DNA of 64,000 nucleotides from Owenia fusiformis (Eukaryota): NCBI GenBank assembly GCA_903813345.2, contig CAIIXF020000001.1, positions 35,650,001 to 35,714,000 of the forward strand, read 5' to 3'. Shown piece by piece: positions 11,499 to 23,400 of this stretch (position 1 is its first letter; each line of letters starts with the position of its first letter). The notes under the pieces were generated by a model. It saw only the letters and a program-made list of their open reading frames with translations, ran no database searches and was not told where the DNA came from. The position numbers and the translations under genes were made by a program.

Positions 11499-14400
11499 TT
11501 ATAACACGGTACACCAACTCATCCAGCCTTTATCAGTCTCAACTTCCTGGAAGGTATCTAGTTTTCTGTGCTTTGTATTGTCATTTTCTTGTTCAGAGTC
11601 ACTAAGCTCATTGTCAGTGTCCAGTTCACTCTCACTGGCAGAACTCTCTGCATTTTGTGTATAGCGTAAGTTGTATGTAGTGTGGACCACTCCTGCATTA
11701 GTCCTGAATAAAAAATATACATAGTGTTCAGGAAGGATATGTTTGAATCACTAAATACTGGCCTCTATTGAATCATTAGGGAGTTTAAGCTTGCATATAA
11801 AATCGAAACGTCAACCTATACGTATGACCAATAGCCTATACAAATGCATCACTCAATTATTTTCCGTTCACGTTTAGGTTATGAAAAACATTTAAAGCTT
11901 AAACTCCCTATTCTTATAATAATATACTCAAGTCATGTAAGACCTAGTTGATTCTTTGTAGTCGTATTGTTGTTTCTAAGTTGGGGTTATTATTAAAGTA
12001 TTATATCGGAATACCTTTGCCTGCCTTTCACTTGAGTCCATACTTTAACTTGATTGCCCCCAGTGATGATTCTGAGACCCTGCTGACATCTGGTGGCAGC
12101 CATACAAGTCATTTTCTCTGTGCTCCCATCATTCAAAGTGGCTAGGTAATTTTCACTAGGAAGGCTCCGAACTGAGAATAAACAAGACATCTATTAATTA
12201 CTGGGTACAAATGGACTTGATGCATGACTATTCACAAACATTTGCAATGAAAGAATAAACAAGATATCTTAAATACTGGGTACAAAAGGACTTGATGCAT
12301 GACTATTAACTAACATTTGCAATGAAAGAATAAACAAGATATCTTTTAAATACTGGGTACAAAAGGACTTGATGCATGACTATTAACAAACATTTGCAAT
12401 GAAAGAATAAACAAGATATCTTAAATACTGGGTACAAAAGGACTTGATGCATGACTATTCACAAACATTTGCAATGAAAGAATAAACAAGATATCTTTTA
12501 AATACTGGGTACAAAAGGACTTGATGCATGACTATTAACTAACATTTGCAATGAAAGAATAAACAAGATATCTTTTAAATACTGGGTACAAAAGGACTTG
12601 ATGCATGACTATTAACTAACATTTGCAATGGAAGCAATTTATTTTTATCTTTGCCAAAGACCTCCATTCCTTGTCAATTTCTCTCATTTAACATTGATAA
12701 AAATCAGTGTTTAATTATATCTTTTATTTCAGTTTGAACTTGTTTTTTGCATTTTCAATAGCTTAACAAATTAATAATGTTAACAGTACATGTACTTATA
12801 TGCATTATGGATGTAGACTAATACACTTAATAAAACAAGAAGGAATAACATTTAATAAGGGTACACTTTTAGTGATGACAATTTGCATACCATTAATGTA
12901 TCCTAGGCCACTGTCAAGGTCATATCCAGCAGCTAGCATGAGATCACTGAGTGCAGACAAGGCAGTTGTAGAGCCAAACTCAAAGCAATGTTGGCTCAAT
13001 TTGTGTATAACACCTGAAAGTAAATAAATTGAGTATAAAGACTTATATCTTGTTCTTCTATTGAATAATGTTGTCAGTGCATATTTATTTACTGTAACAC
13101 GCAATTCACATTAAAATACCGTAATCAATAGAATATATCATTTGATCAGTTGATATAGGAAGTATCAGATTACACACAGCAATTTATTTGGGTTGCATTT
13201 TTTTAACACCCTGTACAGTACATGGAGAATGACAAACATCTGATGTAATGGTAACCGGACAACTCATCCCCTAGACAACTCATCCCTGGACAACTCATCC
13301 CCTAGACAACTCATCCCCTAGACAACTCACCCCCTAGACAAGTCATCCCCTGGACAACTCATCCCCTGGACAACTCATCCCCTAGACAACTCATCCCATG
13401 GACAACTCATCCCCTGGACAACTAATCTTTTGGCATGTTTGAGTAAAGTAATTTAATATTATATTACCAATTCATATTTGATTTGTTTGGTCAGGAAATA
13501 TTGAGTAATGTAATATAAGAATGAGAGACGAGAGTTTCAATGACATCGTTTGACTGTTTATTTGTGTCAGTATTAAGTGAAAAATAATATTTGAATGATC
13601 TTATATGTATTGACTAAGTATTTCTTTTCAAGACACACTTTACAATTTAGCTTCATGTGATGAAGGATGAGTTTTCCAGGGGATGAGTTGTCCAGGGGAT
13701 GAGATGTCTAGGGGATGAGTTGTCCAGAGGATGAGTTGTCTAGGGGATGACTTGTCCAGGGGATGACTTGTCTAGGGGATGAGATGTCCAGGGGATGAGT
13801 TGTCTAGGGGATGAGATGTCCAGGGATGAGTTGTCTAGGGGATGAGTTGTCCGTAAGCCGATGTATTGAGGATATTTGTATTGATCAGTCTCACCAGATA
13901 ATTGTATTTGTCAAATTGACCTTTTGCGATCAGAATTCAGGAATTTTGTTTATGGATACTGTTGTCACGTATTTCGTCTTATTGGTATGACGTCATATAG
14001 AAATGATATTAGACATGATGGAATCACGAAATGGCGGACACGTGGCAGTTTTGAGCTAAAAATATTGTCGTTTCTTATATAAAAACCATGGGTCGGATAT
14101 TTACCAGGTATGCCTATTTGACTAGATCATGAGTATGTCTATATATATGCGAAGTTTGGGTGAAATTCATACTAAACATCGATGCCTATAAGCGCCCCCC
14201 GTTTTTGTCAAAATCGGGGGGCGCTAAACCGCTATCTAAATCATGTCAGTAAGACCTTAGACTTGGTATGTGCTTAGCATGAATGTTGATCTAGTCAAAT
14301 AGAACGCTTTCGTGAAAAATAAATCAATAAAGCACGAAATATAGAAGATAATCTCTCAAAATCAAGCATCTAAAGCTGTGTGACCTAATTGTGACGTCAC

Positions 14401-17400
14401 TAAAAGACAGAATCCATTCGGTGATCGCAAATCATCAATTCTGTACTGATATTTTTCACAATTCAAATATATTTTTATTACATTGAATTGAAGAATGTGA
14501 AGATGACTAAATAACACTGATCTTAAGATATTATATAACTTATGATTCAAGCGTATCATAATAGAGCTAGTTTATTGTGTGGCATAATTTAAGAAAAAAA
14601 CACAGTTAAGACCACCTGGATCTTTAAACCTATGTTTATGGCCCAAAAGTATTGAAATTCCCACTAAAATAACATGTAAAAAGCAGGTATTGCATGAACT
14701 CATAAAACATTCAGGTTTTACCTTCTATAACAAAATGGTGAATGATAGGTGTCAACTTCGATATTAAGTTTTCATCAGAGTGTGTTCTATGTGATCATTC
14801 AGATAGAATGGCTATGTCATGTTGTAACTTACTCTAACAATGTGATAATTTTTGCCATCATATACAAATACAAGTTGAATGTAAATATAACAAAGGTTTC
14901 CAAGCAATAAATTGTCTAGCAATCATTAACAATTGAAGGTTGAATAGTTTACTGAAATAAATTATGACAATAATTGATAATCTATCTGCTATATCATATT
15001 TTCTCATTTATTTGTTTCTCATATTTTCTAAAATATTTTCATCATGATGCTTCACCTCGTTCTTGTGCTGATTATGCATCATAATATCATCCTACCTACT
15101 GATGGTGCGGGGCCTACATGTAACAAATGTATAACCAAACTAAATGGAATATTGGGCACTTTAAAATCTGACTGTACTAGTGAAATAGCAGCAATGAAAA
15201 CAGAAATGGCTAAATTGGTTTTGGAGATGGCTAAATTGGTTACAAATATGAATATAATTGGTGGAAAGTTGGACACATCAACAACAGAAGTAAATGAAAA
15301 TAAGAAAAAGTTGGAAACTCAGAAAGTGGAATTGACCTCAGCTATAAATGATAATGGGGAAAAGATGGGAACACTAAAGGCTGAATTAACTTCTGCAATA
15401 CAACAAAATAAAGAACAGTTAAATGCCATGAAGGGACAAGTAATGGAAGCAAAAAGTTGCGCATGTGAGAACAAACAAAGTAAGAACTTTATTAATACTT
15501 TTAAATCAAGATGTTTTAAATAAAAAATCAACTGAGGATGTAAGGGACGTTGGAACATTTCATTAGAATTGTTTGTGTTGTTGATGTACTGAAGTATAAA
15601 ATATTCAGCATCACAGAATAGATGCAGAGGCATCCATTCCTTGAAATCTCACACCTTCATAACTTTTTGATTCAATAGAGACTTTGTTATATTGCTTTGA
15701 AATTTTGTTGAAGTTCTACTTTGATGAGATTTATAGATATTAGCATATTTTACCATGGAGGGCTTTTTTTCCTTATATCAGATGAAATATTTAGACTTTA
15801 TGTACAATTTCCTACAATAATTTTACATATTTTAAACTTTTCTGAAAAAGATCAGGACAAATCCCCATTAACACAATGTTAAACAATCTTAAAAAAAAGT
15901 TGGTTTACTCTTTCAAGAATCACAATTGTCAGGTTAAACCCACTTGTCCACAAGACATGTGTAATCAATTACATACTGTATATGAATATAAGACTGAGTA
16001 AGCTAATTTTCAAAATGTGGTCATTTTTGGCCTACCATGTATTTATACATCTAAAAAACAGGTTCTCTATTTGATATAGGAAGAAGTTTGATATACTATG
16101 CAGGCTGGTCAAGAGATGATGGGTACATGTTTACTTTTGCACAAGCAAAGGCATATTGTGAGAGCCAAGGTCATAGGCTGGCCACACCTGGCCAGATGGA
16201 TGCGGCATTTGAGCTTGGGTACTCTGAATGTGCCTGGGGATGGCTATCAGATGGCAGTACCAGATATCCCATGCAAATGCCTGGGGCTAGTGGAGGTTGT
16301 GGTCCACGACGTCATGTCAACATCCGACTCAATCGTAACCCAGATGCATTAGCAGGTGTTTACTGCTCTAGAGGGTGATTCCAAATTCAAAAAATGTTTA
16401 TTTTGATGTAAATATATTATCATGAACAAATAACTGGCGAGTGAGAGGGGTGTACCATAAAACACTCTGACACGGTAATAATAGTTCATGTAGCGAAACA
16501 AATGTATGTCTCACACTAATTTCAAATAATATAAAATGGAGAAAACTACAAAAACAATTTATAAAAATGTTAAATTTTGATATAAAAGAGTAAATCCAAA
16601 TGTAAAGTACAAAATACAAGTTTAGCATACAAATGAAAAGTCTGTCCCCTCCTGATATCTAATGGCCCATCTCTCATGTAACTTCTTTTACATTATGCCA
16701 TTCCAAATTATATCATGGACTTTAAGTTCACTTGAATCACGCCCGGTGATCGTACAAAAATGATGGAAGATTTATTTTTTCAAGAGAAAGTTTACAACTG
16801 AATTGCCTGGCAAAATATGTTAGGTCATCTAGTATTTTTTTGAATTGATACCCTTCTCGGATATGAGATCTATTAAAAAAGGCGCATCATCACCAACGTG
16901 CATAAGTCAATGTTTTTGCTATAAATCGGGCAACAATGGTCTACACGACCTGTAATAAATAGGTATAAGGGACGTTATTATCACAATACTAATGAGATTG
17001 CTCACTTTTTAAAGTTAGTTTCCATGCGTTATACAAAAAATAATCGAAATAAATTAATTTGGGATGGAGGGGGGGATTTATATATCTTTACGATGGAAAA
17101 AATTCACAAGAACTCGTGTATTTGAAAAAACTAAACTCAGTACCCCAGTAAGAAACTGGATATTATATCTCTGGAGAATGAAAAATGGGAAAAATTTGGA
17201 GTCATAAGAATAAATTCAAGTAGCATGTCTCACGTGATCCCCCTACATCTGACCCCTCCCTCCATCCCAAATTAATTTATTTCAATCATTTTTTTGATCC
17301 CCAAAATAATTCACACTATTTTTACTTTTTTTCCGCGAACAATGAATCACACATTTACACTAGCTATTTGATGAGTGTGCATCCTATATTCTGTAATTTG

Positions 17401-20400
17401 ATTGGTTCAGTGAAACCATTGCCATCTTGGGAAATCCCCTTTGCCTTGAACCCAGTATAAAATGAACCCCCCCTTGGTAAATCCAAGATATGCCCCTGGA
17501 GAAGCATTGGAGGGTTGAAACAAGAGATAAGAAGGATTAGAGATGAGAGATATCTGTGAGCATATCATCAGACAACTTCTCCGGTGCTTTCAAATTAGCT
17601 CCCACAGATGAGATTATGGTAAAGAGCGAATATGTTACCTTAACTGAACTGAACAATAATTTGAATGCTAACAACAATGTTGATATGGCTATAGTCCATT
17701 GTAATATTCGAAGTATGCCGTCAAATCAATGGAAATTAGTCAATCTTTTGTCATCACTTGATAAGGGAGCATCGATTGTTGGCCTTTCTGAAACATGGCT
17801 TTATGAGGATCAATAATCACAATATTCAAAACTAATGAATTTCAAAGGTTATTTTAAATCTCGATCAACTAGAGGGGGTGGTGTTGGTTTCTATATCAAG
17901 GATACTATTAACGTTAAAGAAAGACCAGATCTTCAATTTAATCATTTAGGATGCGATGTTTTGACAATTGAGGTTATTGTAAGCAATGGCAAAAACATAC
18001 TCCTAACCTGTATATATAAGCCTCCTAATGTAGATATCGAAGAATTTAATAATAGTCTAGAAGTCTATTTTAATAATTTATCCAGAGAAAACAAAACAAA
18101 CTATGTAATGGGTGATTTTAATATTGATTTATTTAAGACCAATCAGCATGAGCCAACTGAAAATTTCTACAACATCATGATATCTTATAATTTAATACCA
18201 CTTATTTACAAAGCAACCAGGGTGACTTCAAGTACAGCAACATTAATTGACAACATTTTTACAAATGATATCAAAAATGGATTATGTGGAATAATTTTTA
18301 ATGACATTTCAGATCACTTCCCTATATTTGCTACTTTTAATAAACCGATTCATCAGATAAAAGTAATTAACAAATCAATTAGAAAATACTCTGACAATAA
18401 TCTCACTACTTTCCAAGAAAAATTAGCAAAAGAATCATGGGCAGATATTTTGAATAGTGACAACGCAAATACTTCTTACAATTTATTTGAAAACCGCCTT
18501 AAAGAAATTTATGATGAAAGTTTCCCAATAAAAACAATATCTGTTAAATTATATAATAATAATGAAAAACCTTGGATTACAACAGCTATACTTGTATCTG
18601 TAAGACAAAAAAGCAAATTATATAAGAAATATCTTCGTTTACCGACAAATCAAAATAAGGCAAATTTTAAAGTCTACTCAAAAATGCTAAAAACAATCAT
18701 AAGATCAGCACATAAACGTTATTTTAGTAGAAAATTTGAGGAAAATCAAGGAAACATTAAGGCTAATTGGGAAATTATTAATGAAATTCTCCAAAGAAAA
18801 AATAAAAACCACAATATCCCAGACTCTTTTTTCCATAACAATTCTGAAATAAGTAATAAACTTGACATTGCTAACCAATTTAACTCCTTCTTTTCAAGGG
18901 TAGGTGAAACCCTAGCAGCTCAAATTCCTTCTACAAATAAAAGTCCTTTAGACTACATGAAAAATCTTGGCAGACAAGCTTCAACTTTATTTTTGAATCC
19001 AATTGACTCTAATGAGTTAGACATGGAAATATCTAAATTAAAAAACTCTGCGGCCGGTTTTGATGATTTCAAACCTTCCATAATTAAGCATTGTGGTAAG
19101 GCATTCCAATTACCATTATTACACATTTTCAATTTATCTCTAACAAATGGTATTTTTCCTGACAAATTAAAAATTGCAAAAATAACTCCAATTCATAAAA
19201 AGGAGGACAGTCAACTTTTTACAAATTATCGACCTATTTCGATTTTACCAGTCTTCTCCAAATTACTTGAAAAACTAATGCATCATCGCCTGACTTCCTT
19301 TCTCGACAAAATAGAAAATTTGTATCTTTATCAATTTGGTTTTCGAGAAAAAAAGTCAACATTCATGGCTGTACTCACATTTGTTGAAAAAATTAGACAT
19401 TCTATAGATAAAGGTGAATTCTCTATAGGGTTATTTCTTGACTTCTCTAAAGCATTCGATACTATAGACCACAATATTCTCTTTCAAAAGCTTGAGTTTT
19501 ATGAGATACGTGGTGTTGCACTGGAATGGGTCAAAAGTTACTTTTCTAATAGAATCCAAAAAACCTGTTACAAAGACACTATTTCAGATTCTGAGATAAT
19601 TACATGTGGAATTCCACAAGGCTCTGTACTAGGTCCCTTGTTTTTTATCATATATATCAATGACATTTACTTATCCTCTCCACGATTATTTTTTGTGCTA
19701 TTTGCAGATGATACTTATCTGTTAATACAAGGAAGAAATCTTAATGAAATCACAAATGCTTTGAATGCTGAACTGAAACTAATCGAGGAATGGATAGCCA
19801 CAAATAAACTTTCATTAAATGCTAAGAAAACTAAATATATTATATTTTCTTCAAGACAAAAGCATTATAATAAAAATGAAATAAATGTCACTATGAATGA
19901 CAAAGTACTTGAACAGGTGTCACATATAAACTTTTTAGGAATCATTATTGATCAAAATTTAACCTGGAAAAATCACATAACATCCGTAAACATGAAAATA
20001 TCAAGAACCATTGGTATATTATACAAAGTGAAGCATTTATTAAATGTCAAAAGCCTACTTAGTATATATTATGCTTTGATTTATTCATACCTTATCTATG
20101 GAAATATAGTATGGGGTGAAGCAGGCTGTACATTACTAAATACCCTTCATCTCTCACAGAAAAAATTTGTAAGAATTGCAACAAATAGTGATTTTAGAGC
20201 TCACTCCCTACCTCTTTTTCATGACTTAAAAATATTGAACATATTTGAAATAAATAAGCAGCAGAGATATATTTTTATGATTAAATGGATCAACGACAAG
20301 GATAATTACAAACAAATATTCCCATCTTTTTTCAAAACAGTTGAGAATAGACACAACTACAACACAAGAAATAAGAAATCTTATGACAAGCCAAAAACCC

Positions 20401-23400
20401 GCACTAACTATGGAAAATCAATGTTAGCGTATTCTATACCTGATATTTGGAACCAACTACCCCCGCACATTCAATCCATCAAAAGTACCATTTTCATGAA
20501 AAAACAAACCAAGAAATATTTATTGCAACTTTAATTCCTTCCTTGGGCAATTTGATGGCACATATTATATTTTTTGTCGAGGGCATGCCACGGCAGATCC
20601 CCAAACTGCATAATGTAACATACTTGTATTTTACTCACTCCATCTGTGGGAATATACACAAATTTTGTGTCACCCACTTCATTGTTAACTATTGTATGTA
20701 TTATATGAAATAAATAAATAAATAAAAATAAAATAAAAGATACCCAGTGCTTTCAAATTAGCCTCCACAAATGAGACGGGCATTTTAAAGGATGTTTTGT
20801 AAATTGCCATAAAATCGTGGCAATTTGACATAGACCAATGAAAGAACATTAAACAAGGTTCAATTTTGCCATATATGATTTTAAACCCATGCTGAATGAC
20901 TAAGTTATCAACATCTGTTTGGGTTACCTTTTTTGGCTCACCCTGTACGATACATATGAATTATCAACTTGAAAATAAAATCTCATTATCATGAATCTTT
21001 CAGATTTGTGATCTTACTATTCAATATATTTGATTTGAACATTACAATGCCTTACTTTGAAGAGATCCCAACAATAAGATATTTTCCTTGATTGTTTCCT
21101 AGACATGTGTATTACATGTCACATAGATACACTGCCTCATAGTTTTGGAACAGAGTAACAAAGCATACAGACAGATAAACAGAGGGATTGTCTATATCCT
21201 CTAAACTTTGTTTGAAAGGATAATAAATTAATTAATAATATAAATACATTGCCTAGCAATTATAAATTGAAGGTTAAAGAGCTATCTAGATAATTAACAT
21301 TAGCAATAGCTAATATATCATATTCTAGAATTAAATTAAATTACGTATCATTCTATTGCGTTTTACAATATCTTCATCATGAGGCAACAGGTTGTTTTTC
21401 TGTTGATTACTTTTCAAAATATCTTATCTACTGATGGTGGAGCTCCTAAATGTACATGTAAGGAAGATATTGACAAGTTAAAAGAAACCATGAGAACATT
21501 TACGTCTGATATAAACAATGAAATAGCAACCATGAAATCAGAGATCGCTAAATTGGTTTTGGAGATGGCTAAATTGGTTACAAATATGAATATGGGCCTA
21601 ATTATTGGAAAGTTGAACACATTAACAAATGAAATAAATGAAAATGGTGAAAGGTTGGACACATTAACAAATGAAATAAATGAAAATGGTGAAAGGTTGG
21701 ACACATTAACAAATGAAAATAATGAAAAAATGGCCACACTAAAGACAGAATTAACTTCAACAATAAATCAGAATAAAGTAAAATTGGATGCTCTGAAGAC
21801 ACAAATGACAGAAACAAACAGTTGTGCATGTGAGAGCAGAAAACGTAAGTCCCTGATATTGTTATTTCAGTTTTGGGTTGGAAAGTTATGTATTTTTTAA
21901 TTTGAGATTTCTCAAGAATATGGCATCATGTATTTGTACTCCTTGGGGCAAAATATGATATTTTTCTCCCTATTTTTCTAATACATTTTTTATGTTTTTT
22001 TACAAAATTACAAAAATTAACTCCTGATGTCTTTTGTTTTGCTGGCAGTATGCTAAAGTAATAATATTGAACTTAATAGGAAAAAGAGATCAGGATCCAC
22101 GAAGACATATAATTGTTTTTATATAAACATAATACAATGCATATAAACATAATACTGGATGAGCATAATGTAAAAGTGGTTTTGAAAAGTAGCAAATTTC
22201 TCTTTATGTAGGTTTTTTGTGGTTTATTATTCTACATTGATTCTGAAACTATTGGTGTCTAGTTTTTCAGCGTTTTGGAAATATGCAGATTTATACCCCC
22301 CTGGTGTTATTTTAAGGGGGGTCCTAGGAAAGCCATGTATAATTCCTAGAGTATCCAACCAATCATCTTGAAATTTACAGGTAATCATCTTCTTATCATG
22401 TCCTATCATTGTGAGCAGTTTCATCAATATTGGTTAGCTGGTTGCTATGGTAACAGAAATCACTTGTTAAAAAAGTACACATTTTCGTAAAAATTTAAGA
22501 CCTACCCTGAGACAAAGCACATAATATTTTCCTGGAATTGGGAGGAATTAGCATGAAAACATATTAGAAAACTTATTTAGAGTATGGTTGATAATACTAA
22601 ATCAATTGATGTTTTATTTTAGCCATACAATTAATTATATTTGCCGATGATAATATGGCTATGCAAAAAATGTGTAAAAGGGGGCGTGGCACTTTTCCCA
22701 AGAAAACTTTATTTGTACCCAAGTTTGTGAATAAATATATGACTATTCATTCTGATATTAACAGATATTAGTATAGTTATGATGTTTAACCATCATGGGA
22801 AGTTTCACTATTGTTGGTCTGCTGGTTGTTATGGTAACAGAAATCATTTGTTAAAACAGTTGACCATTAAAGGGGTATGGGGTATATTATCTAATTAAGG
22901 ATATAAACTTTGTCTTCAAATATACATTCATGGCTTTGTGAGGTCATCAATGTGATTTTATTTATGTGTGCTTAATTTGCATCTTGGAATGAAGTTTTGA
23001 GGAAAACGCATTTTAACAAAATCAAATAAATTATTGTTTATATTAAATAAAATCAGTAATCTCATTCTGGATGATACTAATTTATCACTCACTCACATGC
23101 TTACCTATATATTTGTTTCTTTTCAAATCAACCTGACATCTTTATGAAATATACATGTTTGAGTGATTCCCGTCATGCTTAATATCCAGATAGAAAATAA
23201 TGTTATTCATAAAAATAGTTAATGATTCCTATTTGATATAACAATATTACCAAATTTAGAGCATTAATTAAATGTTGCAATTAGAATTTAGACTTCATTA
23301 AAGTGATGGCAAATTAAATCTGCATTCCTAGGAATAAGTTGTATATGCAATGATAAATCAGTTGTTGATATGAGCTTTTGTTGTCAATGTTATGCTTCAA

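Noticed and set aside
15079..21829. Minus-strand ORFs at 15079-15276, 15319-15633, 18953-19165, 21414-21737, 21602-21829
   Set aside because: Antisense shadows of the coiled-coil exons and the LINE ORF.
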